Below are positions 1-9,196 of a stretch of DNA of 64,000 nucleotides, piece after piece; the stretch's first letter is position 1, and every line of letters starts with the position of its first letter. The position numbers and the translations under genes were made by a program. The DNA comes from an uncultured Actinomycetes bacterium (GTDB lineage: Bacteria > Actinomycetota > Thermoleophilia > UBA2241): NCBI GenBank assembly GCA_963725665.1, contig CAVRZA010000003.1, positions 1 through 64,000 of the forward strand, written 5' to 3'. The notes beneath the pieces were generated by a model. That model searched no databases. It had not been told where the DNA came from and worked only from the letters and a program-made list of their open reading frames with translations.

Positions 1-505
1 ACCACGCCGCGTCGAGCTTGCGTCCGGCGATGGTCAGCGGTAACGCGATGTTCTCCGCCGCGCTGAGCGTCGGCAGCAGGTTGAAGGACTGGAAGATGAA
101 GCCGACCTTGTCGCGGCGCAGCTTCGTGAGGTCGCGGTCCTTGAGGCCGCCGACCTCGACACCGTCGATGACGACGCTGCCCGCCGTCGGGTCGTCCAGC
201 CCCGCGAGGATGTGCATCAGGGTCGACTTACCCGACCCGGACGGCCCCATGATCGCGGTGAACTCGCCGCGCCGCAGGTCGACGTCGGCGCCTTGCAGCG
301 CTTGGACGGCGGCATCTCCCTCGCCGTAGCGCTTGCTCACGCCGCGCGCGGCGACGACGGCGTTACGGCGCGCGGAGCGGGTCGGCCGGCCGTCGTCGCC
401 GATGTGCGGCGGGTGCATCGGCCAAGGAGCCTCTTCCGCCACCGGGGCGGCAAAGGCCGGGGCGCCTGGACTGCGCGGCTTCTCTTTCGTGATGACTGGA
501 TTCAT
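1..505 (-). CDS. ABC transporter ATP-binding protein (LolD/MacB-type), 3' end beyond window
   Basis: Minus-strand translation from ATG at 505 (GGAGG RBS upstream) gives GEFTAIMGPSGSGKSTLMHILAGLD...VGFIFQSFNLLP (Walker A, Q-loop). Absent from the ORF track because there is no stop in the window. Confidence 0.9.
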   Translation of the reverse strand, partial: MNPVITKEKPRSPGAPAFAAPVAEEAPWPMHPPHIGDDGRPTRSARRNAVVAARGVSKRYGEGDAAVQALQGADVDLRRGEFTAIMGPSGSGKSTLMHILAGLDDPTAGSVVIDGVEVGGLKDRDLTKLRRDKVGFIFQSFNLLPTLSAAENIALPLTIAGRKLDAAW

Positions 506-1075
506 GGTGTCCTCCCACTGGTCGCGTCGCGGGACGCAACGGCGCTCCGCAGGCATGGTCGTCGTCTTGGAAGGAGGCTACGCGGCTGTTCCGCTGCGGG
601 CGTCGCCCCAGCGGGGTCAATGAGGCGGTGCGACGGGGGCATCCTTCGCGGCCGCCGCACCCCGCAAGGGGCGGACGGCGTACCCCTGAAGTGGACGGTA
701 GTGTGCACGCCTTCAACGCAGCTGCCCCCTCCTTCCCGAGTACGGTCAAGTAGAAGGCTATGCACCCGTGCGCGGAGACGCGCCCGCCGAAAGGACGGGC
801 GTGAGACTCCCAGACTGGACAGTCTTTGACCTGGCTGGCCGGCCAGGTTGGGGCAGCAAGATGACACAGGCCGCGGCCAAGATCTCCGTGGAGTCCAGAA
901 AGACCCCGGGGACAGTCCGAAGTACGTGGTCGGCTCGAGGAGCCCGCTCGGCTCACCAAGGAGGCGAGGGAACAACCCTCGCGCAAGAACGAGCCTTCAC
1001 CGGTACAGGACCTCGGCCGTTCCTGTCCATCTGTTCTCCTAAGGGTGTAGAATACGTGAACGGAGGCGAACCCGT

Positions 1076-1313
1076 GGTTCGCGTCCCCGACGAGATGTCG
1101 GGATTCTGTCGGCGAGACGCCGGCGATCCCCCTGAGCAGGGGGTACCTGCTCCGCGACGAGAGGTCGCGCGTCAACCTTCAAGTAGCGGGTAGCTGCTTC
1201 CGGCGAGATGCCGGGATCGTGCCGGCGGGATGCCGGGCCTACCCCCGTGAGCACGGGCCACTTGCTCCCCGACGAGATGTCGGGCCTCGACCGCCGCAGT
1301 GCAGCGAGATGCT
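1076..1313 (+). ncRNA. Candidate structured RNA: two tandem ~100-nt multi-hairpin units with GAGAN loops
   Basis: Units 1076-1177 and 1186-1295 have the same hairpin order, compensatory stem changes and G-U pairs on the + strand. An extra short GAGAT hairpin lies at 1301-1313. Confidence 0.6.
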
Positions 1314-1488
1314 CTCTCTGGCGGTGTCCTTGCGAAGCCTCTGTTGGCGTCGCCGTGCCTTCTAGGCACGGTCGCCAAAGGCCTCGCGGTCACCGTACCA
1401 GCACGGAGTGTGAGGGCGATGAGCAGTCGGCGGATTACCCACAGACGTGAGCTCTCCCTTGTGCTGGTCAGTTTGAGGAGACAGCGTC

Positions 1489-2817
1489 ATGTCCGGGAAG
1501 CCCGACAATCCCAAGACCACGCGCCAGGCACCGGTCGCGCCGGCGCGCACAATAACTCCAAGTAAACCGTCCTCTCAAGCCGCCTCTCTTGCGGTGCAGT
1601 GGTGGCCCATCGAGCGACCCATTCCCTACGAGAGCAATCCGCGCATCGTCCCGCAGCGGGCGATTGAGAAGGTAGCCGCCTCGCTGGCAGAGTATGGCTG
1701 GCGGCAGCCCATCGTCGTCGACAAGCACGGCGTCATCATCGTCGGCCACACGCGCCTGCTGGCGGCCAAGAAGCTGGGCTTGACCCGTGTGCCGGTGCAC
1801 ATTGCCGGCGACCTCTCAGCCGAACAGGCGCGTGCCTATCGCCTGACCGACAACCGCAGCGGCGAGGAGACGCGCTGGGACCTCGAGCTGTTGCCGGCAG
1901 AGATCGCCGGCCTGGCCGAGAGCGGCTATGAGCTCGACGCCCTGGGCTTCGACTCAGGCGAGCTTGCCAAGCTGCAGCTGGCAGCGCTGCCGATCTCCGT
2001 CGACGCGGAGGTGGTGCCCGAGCCGCCGGCGGAGCCCGTCACTAGGCCCGGCGACCTCTGGCTCCTGGGCGAGCATCGCCTGCTCTGTGGTGATGCGACG
2101 AAGGTCGACGACGTCGATCGCTTGATGGGCGGCAAGAGGGCTGCCTTGATGGCCACCGACCCGCCCTACCTCGTTAACTACGACGGCGGTAACCACCCAC
2201 AGACCTGGGCCAACGGCGGCAAGGCGGGCAAGGATCCCACCCGCCACTGGGACGCCTACACCGACCACGAGCACTCGGTGGCCTTCTATGAGGGTTACCT
2301 TGCGGTCGCCCTCGAGCATGCTCTGGTCGAGCGTCCGGTGGTCTATCAATGGTTTGGCGCCATGCGGGCGCCGGTGGTGTTTGAAGCCTGGGAGCGGGTG
2401 GGTCTGCTGGCTCACCAGACCCTGATCTGGGTCAAGAGCCGCACCGTCCTTACCCACTCGCACTACATGTGGGACTACGAGCCCTGCCTCTACGGCTGGA
2501 TCTGCGGCCGGCAGCCCAAGAGAAAGCCACCCGCCGAGGCGCGCGCGGTGTGGGCCATTGACTCCGTCGTCGAGGACGGCGCTGGCGGTGTGCATCCGAC
2601 GATGAAGCCCCTGGAGTGCTTCCGGCGCCCGATCGCCTACCACACGGCTCCCGGTGAGCTCATCTATGAGCCCTTCGCCGGCTCGGGCACGGCGCTGATA
2701 GCCGCGCAGCAGCTGGGGCGCGTCTGCTACGCCCTCGAGCTCTCGCCGGCCTTCTGCGATGTCATCGTCACAAGGTGGGAGCGCTTAACGGGACGGAAGG
2801 CGGTGCGTCATGGCTAG
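1489..2817 (+). CDS. ParB-like N-terminal domain fused to an amino (N4/N6) DNA methyltransferase, phage type
   Basis: ParB-like GWRQPIVVD..IIVGHTRLLAA; methyltransferase motifs TDPPY, HPTMKP and EPFAGSGT. Confidence 0.92.
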   Translation: MSGKPDNPKTTRQAPVAPARTITPSKPSSQAASLAVQWWPIERPIPYESNPRIVPQRAIEKVAASLAEYGWRQPIVVDKHGVIIVGHTRLLAAKKLGLTRVPVHIAGDLSAEQARAYRLTDNRSGEETRWDLELLPAEIAGLAESGYELDALGFDSGELAKLQLAALPISVDAEVVPEPPAEPVTRPGDLWLLGEHRLLCGDATKVDDVDRLMGGKRAALMATDPPYLVNYDGGNHPQTWANGGKAGKDPTRHWDAYTDHEHSVAFYEGYLAVALEHALVERPVVYQWFGAMRAPVVFEAWERVGLLAHQTLIWVKSRTVLTHSHYMWDYEPCLYGWICGRQPKRKPPAEARAVWAIDSVVEDGAGGVHPTMKPLECFRRPIAYHTAPGELIYEPFAGSGTALIAAQQLGRVCYALELSPAFCDVIVTRWERLTGRKAVRHG

Positions 2818-3253
2818 GTCTTCTGCCGCCGAGGTGTCGCGCCGCGTCGATGCCGTCTATGACCTGCTTCTGCAGGGTGTCTCGCGGCGCGGCATTAAGC
2901 AGTACGCCGCCCAGCAGGGCTGGGCGGTCTCGCCGCGGCAGATCGCTACGTACCTCTCACGCGCGCGCGAAGAGCTCGCCGCCCAGGCGCAGCGCGAGCG
3001 CGCCGTGGAGTTGGGTAAGGCCCTCGAGCAGCTGGACCTGCTCTTCATGAAAGCTCTTGCGGCCGAGGATCGCGGCGGGGCGCTGACTGTCCTTCGCGAG
3101 CGCGTCTCCCTGCTCGGGCTCACACCCGCCGCGCGTCTGGAGCTGGCTGGGCCCGGCGGCGTCTCGGGGCCTAGCATGGCGGAGCGCTCGGAGCGTTTTC
3201 TGGCCGAGTTCGAGCGTCAGGCGCAGGAGACGAGTGGGGAGGAGGGGTCATGA
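2810..3253 (+). CDS. Putative terminase small subunit (N-terminal HTH)
   Basis: 147 aa HTH-like protein overlapping the methyltransferase upstream and TerL downstream; call rests on position and size. Confidence 0.65.
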   Translation: MARSSAAEVSRRVDAVYDLLLQGVSRRGIKQYAAQQGWAVSPRQIATYLSRAREELAAQAQRERAVELGKALEQLDLLFMKALAAEDRGGALTVLRERVSLLGLTPAARLELAGPGGVSGPSMAERSERFLAEFERQAQETSGEEGS

Positions 3254-4587
3254 ACTACTCTCCCTTCGCTTCGTGAGCGTCTCCTGGCTCTGCCGCAAGA
3301 GGTCAGGCAGGCCTTTCTGCTCAGTCTGCCGCCGGCGGTGCTTGCCGAGGCGCAGTACGACTGGCCCTTCTGGGCGCGACCCGATCAGCTGGAGCCGCCG
3401 GGGCCCTGGCGCACGTGGCTCATGCGCTCGCGGCCGCGGCGCCGGCAAGACCCGCGCCGGGGCGGAGTGGGTGCGCGCCAAGGCCGAGGGTGGCATCTAC
3501 AGCGTCTGCACCTGGTGGGGCGCACCGAGGCCGACGTGCGCGACACCATGGTCGAGGGTCCCTCGGGGCTCTTGACCATCAGCCCACCGCAGAGTCGGCC
3601 ACGCTACCGGCCGCGCCTGCGCCGCCTGGAGTGGCCCAACGGCGCTCTGGCCCTGCTCTACTCGGCCGAGGAACCGGACCGTCTGCGCGGCCCGCAGTGC
3701 GAGGCCGCCTGGCTCGATGAGCTGGCCTCCTGGACCTACCCGGAGGCCTACCACAACCTCATGTTCGGGCTGCGCCTGGGGGTCGATCCCCGCTGTGTGG
3801 TGACCTCCACGCCGCGGCCGACCAAGCTCATCCGCGAGCTGATCGCGCGCGCAACGACGGTGCAGACGCAGTCCTCGACCTACGCCAACCGCCACAACCT
3901 GGCGCCGGCCTTCCTAGAGCAGATCCTCTCCACCTACGACGGCACGCGCCTGGGACGGCAGGAGATCTACGGCGAGATCCTCGACGACGTGCCGGGGGCC
4001 CTCTGGAGCCACAGCGCATCGACGAGCTGCGCGTGGTGCGAGCCGCCCGAGCTTGCAGCGCCTGGTGGTGGCGGTCGATCCTGCCGTGACAAGCGGGCGA
4101 GGAGGCCGATGAGACGGGCATCATCGTCGTCGGGCGCAGTGAGGATAAGCAGGCCTACGTGCTGGCCGACCTCTCGGGACGCTACCCGCCGACGGTGTGG
4201 GCCAAGAAGGTCGCCGATGCCTTTCGCCGCCACAAGGCCGATGCCGTCATCGCCGAGGTCAACCAGGGCGGTGAGCTGGTCAAGGACATGCTGCGCCAGA
4301 CCGACGCAAGCCTGCGGGTCAAGACGGTGCACGCCACACGGGGCAAGTATCAGCGCGCCGAACCGGTGGCGGGCTTCTATGAGCAGGGGCGCGTGCACCA
4401 CGTGGGCACCCATCCCGCCCTCGAGGATCAGATGTGTGCCTTTACCACCGACATGGACCGCGCGCGCGACGGTTCGCCCGACCGCGTCGATGCCCTGGTC
4501 TGGGGGCTCACCGAGCTGCTGGTCACCTACCGCGGACCACAAAGGGCCCACGTGATCGACGGCTTCACCGGCAGGCGCATTACCTGA
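3250..4587 (+). pseudogene. Terminase large subunit (Terminase_6 type), broken by several frameshifts (possibly sequencing errors)
   Basis: WPFWARPDQ, RGRGAGKTRAGAEWV (Walker A), RLRGPQ..AWLDELA, nuclease EVNQGG and SPDRVDALVW, spread over three frames. Confidence 0.9.
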
Positions 4588-4621
4588 ACCGGGAACGCTG
4601 CGCTGGCGAAGAGCATGGGAC

Positions 4622-4664
4622 GAAGGGCCCCGGCTCGCGCAAGGCGAGCCGGGGCCCTTCTTGT
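4622..4664 (+). terminator. Strong hairpin after the terminase gene
   Basis: GAAGGGCCCCGGCTCGC-gcaag-GCGAGCCGGGGCCCTTC, perfect 17-bp stem, followed by TTGT. Confidence 0.75.
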
Positions 4665-5020
4665 CGCCCTGCACCATCGAGCGATCGGGCGCCAAGAGGT
4701 TGCTCAGCCCACCTCCGTCGAACGGCTCAGACGGGCGCCTTCGCCGCCGACATGTTGCCGACGGGCGACGTCGGCGAGCTGATTCAATGGACGTCATCGT
4801 GCTCGAGACAGCCCCCAATAGCGCGGCGTTTGGCACACAATGGGCCAGAAACCCCCCGATTTACTTCGCACTTTCGCCGCCAATCGGCCTCTCGGAGAGA
4901 AGAAAGACCTGCACAGGGCGATGTTGGCGGGGTGGCAAGGGGGCTGAAAACAGAAGTAGATTGAAGAATAATCTCTTCCTCAGCTTCTTCTGGCCCTGCC
5001 CATGACCACTGCAAAACCTC

Positions 5021-6290
5021 TCTATGAAAAGCTGTCCCCATGCAACTCCGCATCCCCGCTTCACGGAGCGCGGATCTGCCGGCGAGTGGTGCTCATCTCT
5101 CTATCGCCTCCTTGGGCGGGAGGATCAGGTCGGGTGGGAGCTTACCGCGGTGGCCCATCTCCAACAGGGGTCGTCTAGGCGACCAGAGGTTTTGCGGGGC
5201 CTGCCGGGGCAAACGGTTGGTTGCGGGTGAGCATGTACCAGATCGCCTCGGCCAGCTTGCGGGCGATCTCCACGTGGGCGACCTTGGCGCCGCGCTGGCG
5301 GCCGAGGCGCTGCTTGGTGTGCGTGTAGTGAGCGGCGTAGGCGGGGTGGCGACAGGCGTGCACGGAGGCCTCGATCAAGGCCCAGCGCAGGTAGGCGGGA
5401 CCGTTCTTAGCCAGCGAGCCGCGGTAGTCCTTGGCGCCCGACTGGTAGACGCGGGGGCAGAGGCCGCTGTAGCCGCAGAGCTTCTTGGGGGAAGCGAAGC
5501 GCTCGATCTCGCCGATCTCTGAGGCGATCGTGTAGCTCAAGACCCAGCCGATCCCGGGGGCCGTCATGAGCAAGGGCACGTAGGGATGGTCGGCGCCCAG
5601 GGTGCGCAGCTCGGCCTCGCAGTCAGAGATCTCCTCCTCGAGCTCCTCGATGAGCCGCAGGCTGGCCTGTGTGGTCGCAAGCCAGGACTCGGGCAGCTTA
5701 AGGCGCGCCAGCAAGCGGCGCCCCGACTCACCGAAGAGGTCGGCGACGGGACAGGGGCACCCAAAGGCAAACAGTGTGGCGTGGATGCGGTTCTTTAAGG
5801 CTCCGCGGTGATGCACGAGGTGCAGGCGAAAGCGCGCCCGCTCGCGCTCGGCGCGCACCCCCGGGGAGGGCAGCCAGATGGCCGGCACCAGATCGAGGCG
5901 GGCAAGCTCGGCGAGCACCCAGGCGTCGATGCGGTCGGTCTTGCAGGCCAGGGGCGCCATGCCCTTGACCCTTTGGGCGTCGGCGACTGCGACCTGCCAG
6001 CCGTAGAGTTCGAGGGTGTCGTGGATGAAGCGGGCGCCGTTCATCGACTCGATGGCCGCCCGCACGGGCTCGCCGTACACGGCGAGACGCGTCGCCAGGC
6101 CGCGCAGGCCGTCGCCGTCGGGCGGCGAGGCTGTGACCGCCACCCTCTGGCCGTGCTCATCGAGCAGGCAGACATCGAGACGCTTCCTTGACAGGTCCAA
6201 ACCGGCGTACAACATCTCTGGGGCCTCCTTGGTTGCTCCGTCGGTGACACGCGGAGCTTGCCACCCATGGGGGCCTTTTTCATGGCATTC
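5021..6290 (-). mobile_element. IS110-family (IS1111-type) insertion sequence
   Basis: TC dinucleotide at both junctions, subterminal inverted repeats ATGAAAA/TTTTCAT, ~150-nt non-coding end downstream of the transposase. Confidence 0.85.
5175..6215 (-). CDS. IS110 family transposase (DEDD plus Transposase_20)
   Basis: MLYAGLDLS, AIES, KTDRIDA, PGIG, YSGLCP..QSG, LRWAL; AAGGAGG RBS before ATG 6215. Confidence 0.95.
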   Translation of the reverse strand: MLYAGLDLSRKRLDVCLLDEHGQRVAVTASPPDGDGLRGLATRLAVYGEPVRAAIESMNGARFIHDTLELYGWQVAVADAQRVKGMAPLACKTDRIDAWVLAELARLDLVPAIWLPSPGVRAERERARFRLHLVHHRGALKNRIHATLFAFGCPCPVADLFGESGRRLLARLKLPESWLATTQASLRLIEELEEEISDCEAELRTLGADHPYVPLLMTAPGIGWVLSYTIASEIGEIERFASPKKLCGYSGLCPRVYQSGAKDYRGSLAKNGPAYLRWALIEASVHACRHPAYAAHYTHTKQRLGRQRGAKVAHVEIARKLAEAIWYMLTRNQPFAPAGPAKPLVA

Positions 6291-6490
6291 CATCACCGGT
6301 TCGACTCCGGTCGCCGCCTCCAAAGATCTCGCTGCACACCGCCAGTCCCGAGTCCCGGATTCTCTCTCCAGTTGGCGCGATTGCCGACGCATCGGCCGAC
6401 AACATCGTCGGCAAGTGGCTGGTATCTGGCCGCAAAGACCAGGTCTGTGAGGCTAACGGTCAAGCCCGCGCACCAAGGACTATGCTTCAG

Positions 6491-6580
6491 CGTAGCCGGG
6501 ATGGCGTGCGAGTAGGTGTCTAGGGTGATCGAGACGGTGGCGTGCCAGAGGCGCTCGGAGACCGGCTTGGGGTGGATGGC
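6491..6580 (-). pseudogene. Tyrosine integrase C-terminal remnant
   Basis: IHPKPVSERLWHATVSITLDTYSHAIP resembles the integrase box II motif (LGH...T.DTYSH) and points toward the tRNA-Cys att. Confidence 0.75.
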
Positions 6581-6756
6581 CGGGACGGGCTCCCCGCCCC
6601 GAGGCAACGGTTCTCCCCCGGCTCCTCATGAGCCCTTAACAATGAGGTTGCACAATGCCTTGGACTGCACGGCTGAAGGAGGGAAAAGATGGTGAGCGTA
6701 CCGTGTCTGCTGAGGCCTGTGCGGAGCCTACGGACTCAGACTCAGGGAGCTGCCTA

Positions 6757-8814
6757 GTGTCGACCAAGACGCGCACCATCGTCGTCACCGGCGACGTGTC
6801 CATCGACTGGCTGCTGCTGTCGTCGCCCAGTGGCGGCCGCGGCGCGGTCGACATCATCTGGATGTGGGGCGGCGCCTACCCCTGTCGCGCCCTTGTGAGC
6901 AGCGGCGGCGCGGCCGCACACGCGGACATCCTGCGCAGTGCGGTGGCAGCGGCGGGTCGAGAAGATGTGAAGATCGTCGGCCCTGAGGTGCCCGCCGAGG
7001 CCCTTTCCTCGCCCCTGCATGCGGCCTTTACGCATACCTTTGCTCGTCTCGAGCCGTTTCGCCGACAGGCGGGGGTCGCCGGCGCCGAGGTCTGGCGGAT
7101 CGCCGAGTTCATGGGCTCCGATCCCGCGCGCCAGGCGCCGGCTGCCATTGCCGAAGCGCCCCCTGGCATCGTCGACACCCTGATGATCGTCGATCACGCC
7201 ATGGGTTACCGCGACGGCGTCCCCGGGCTTGCCGAGTTGCTCGCCGCCGGCCCGCGCACCATAGTCTGGCAGACCGGCGCGCCGCTGGCCGGCTCACCAC
7301 TCGCCGACCTTTTGCTCGACGAGCACGCCGGCACGCTCACCGTCATCACCTCGTCCGACGAGCTGCGCAAGGCGGGCGCACAGGTCGGCTACGCGCTCTC
7401 CTGGGAACAGCTCACCGAGGAGATCCTGGCTGCCGTCAAGGCCCACCCGATGTCGCAAGCACGCCGCGTGATCGTCATCGTGGGGGCCGTCGGGGCGGTG
7501 ATCGTCGAGCGCGACGGGAAGGACATCCTCGTCTTTGATCCGCGCTCCCAGGAGAGCGACTGGAGCAAGCGCTACCCGGGCGTCGGCGCCGCCTACGGAC
7601 GCTGCATCGACGCGGCGGTGGTGCTCGATGTGGCGGGCGGCGGCGCGGCCGCGCCGGTCGAGTCGCTCAAGCGTGGCCTCGCCGCCGCTCGCGCCGCGCA
7701 CATCGCCGGCTTCCGCATCGAGCCTGACCGCGGCGTGGCTGCCAACCCCTTCCCGCTGCATGAGGTCGCCCAGGCGCTGCTGCGCGACAGCGGGGAGTTC
7801 GCGAGCGTCGTCTACCGGCCGGCCGCGGGAGCCTCGATCCTCGCTCAAACCTACGGCGAGGCGGTCCTGGCCGAGGTCGCGCTCACAACCGCGGTGAACG
7901 GCAGCGTCAGCCTGCCCCACGGCATCCCCGTGGAGAACGTCGGGGCCTGGTCCTCGGTGGACAGGACCGAGATCGAGAACCTGCGCAGCGTGCGCAACAT
8001 CATGGAGGAGTACGTTCGCCGGGGGCCAGGCGGAGGTCATGTGCGGCGACCCCTCGCGATCGCCGTCTTCGGTCCGCCGGGGGCCGGCAAGACCTTTGCC
8101 GTGAGACAGCTGGCGAGGGTCCTTCTGCCGGGCGGGCTAAGGACGCTCGAGTTCGACCTCTCGCAGCTGCACTCCGAGGCCGACCTCCGTTCTGCCCTGC
8201 ACGAAGTGCGCGACGTCGCCCTGGAGGGCGAGCTGCCGCTGGTCTTGTGGGACGAGTTCGACTCGCCGTTGAGCGGCGAACCGTTGGGCTGGCTGCGCCA
8301 CTTCCTTGCCCCCATGGAGGATGGGCGCTTCCGCGAAGGAACGAGCTTCCACCCCGTTGGGCCGGCCATCTTCGTCTTCGTGGGCGGCACCGCCGCGCGC
8401 TTCGACGAGTTCGTGGCCAGCGCCGACGAACGCGCCGCGAAGGTCGCCAAGAAGCCCGACTTCATGAGCCGTTTGCGTGGCTACGTGAACGTGATGGGCC
8501 CCAACCGACAGAACGCCGACGACGTCGCCTGGCCGCTGAGGCGGGCCCTGCTTCTGCGCTCGCTCGTCGCGCAGCGGGCGCCGCAGATGATGCGTGCCGA
8601 GAGGGACGCCGCGCGTCTGGACATCGACGAGGGTGTGTTGCGCGCCTTCCTGCTGATCGGAGAGTACATCCACGGAGCCCGCTCGCTGGAGGCCATCCTC
8701 GAGATGAGCTCGCTGAGCGGCAAGCCGCGCTTCGAGCGGTCGAGCTTGCCGGCGCACCAGCAGTTGGCCGTGCACGTGGACGCGAGCGCGTTCCTGAAGC
8801 TCGTGCGCGCCTGA
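6757..8814 (+). CDS. P-loop/AAA-type ATPase with a large uncharacterised N-terminal region
   Basis: GPPGAGKT Walker A, LVLWDEFD Walker B, FVFVGGT and PDFMSRLRG; start could be further upstream (6655). Confidence 0.75.
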   Translation: MSTKTRTIVVTGDVSIDWLLLSSPSGGRGAVDIIWMWGGAYPCRALVSSGGAAAHADILRSAVAAAGREDVKIVGPEVPAEALSSPLHAAFTHTFARLEPFRRQAGVAGAEVWRIAEFMGSDPARQAPAAIAEAPPGIVDTLMIVDHAMGYRDGVPGLAELLAAGPRTIVWQTGAPLAGSPLADLLLDEHAGTLTVITSSDELRKAGAQVGYALSWEQLTEEILAAVKAHPMSQARRVIVIVGAVGAVIVERDGKDILVFDPRSQESDWSKRYPGVGAAYGRCIDAAVVLDVAGGGAAAPVESLKRGLAAARAAHIAGFRIEPDRGVAANPFPLHEVAQALLRDSGEFASVVYRPAAGASILAQTYGEAVLAEVALTTAVNGSVSLPHGIPVENVGAWSSVDRTEIENLRSVRNIMEEYVRRGPGGGHVRRPLAIAVFGPPGAGKTFAVRQLARVLLPGGLRTLEFDLSQLHSEADLRSALHEVRDVALEGELPLVLWDEFDSPLSGEPLGWLRHFLAPMEDGRFREGTSFHPVGPAIFVFVGGTAARFDEFVASADERAAKVAKKPDFMSRLRGYVNVMGPNRQNADDVAWPLRRALLLRSLVAQRAPQMMRAERDAARLDIDEGVLRAFLLIGEYIHGARSLEAILEMSSLSGKPRFERSSLPAHQQLAVHVDASAFLKLVRA

Positions 8815-8943
8815 TTCTTGGAGAGAGAAAGTGGGTGATGACCTCGGGGTGCTAGGCGTTACCGTCTTCCTCGGTGAACACATAAACGGCGCCTCTCCCG
8901 ACTTCGGCTGAGCTGGTGGTAGAGTACGGGTGCCCGTCGCAGA

Positions 8944-9045
8944 TGCTTGGTATGGCGAGGCGTGGCACGGCAGGCAAGGTCAAGCGTGGTGTGACACGCC
9001 GAGGCGCGACAAGGTAGGCACGTCTTAGCACGGCTGGCTTGTCTG
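8944..9045 (+). repeat. Degenerate GGY-NN pentamer array punctuated by GGYW tetramers
   Basis: ggtat ggcga ggcgt ggcac ggca ggcaa ggtca agcgt ggtgt gacac gccga ggcgc gacaa ggta ggcac gtctt agcac ggct ggctt. Confidence 0.7.
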
Positions 9046-9196
9046 CAATCTCCCAAGCTGCGGCGGGCTTCTCCTTGCCCGGAACGCACAGCGGTCGGCC
9101 TGCACACCGCTTGCCCGGCGGGCTGCCTGCGGCAGATCGAGGGCGGCCCGGCGCATCGGCCCCGAGCCGGCCGGGCGACGGCGAGAAGGGACTAGC

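Larger units (their letters stand above)
5009..6322 (+). other. 3' half of tRNA-Cys(GCA) (att site), split by an IS
   Basis: Joining 5009-5020 (CTGCAAAACCTC) to 6291-6322 (CATCACCGGTTCGACTCCGGTCGCCGCCTCCA) rebuilds the anticodon loop, T-arm, U discriminator and CCA. No 5' half is present. Confidence 0.8.

Noticed and set aside
677-760. Possible IS end near ACCCCTGAAGTGGAC
   Set aside because: No matching partner repeat or transposase was found.
1076-1313. CRISPR or simple tandem repeat
   Set aside because: Stems vary while loops are constant; there is no repeat-spacer pattern.
1489-6600. Intact prophage
   Set aside because: No portal, capsid, tail or lysis genes; the integrase is only a short remnant.
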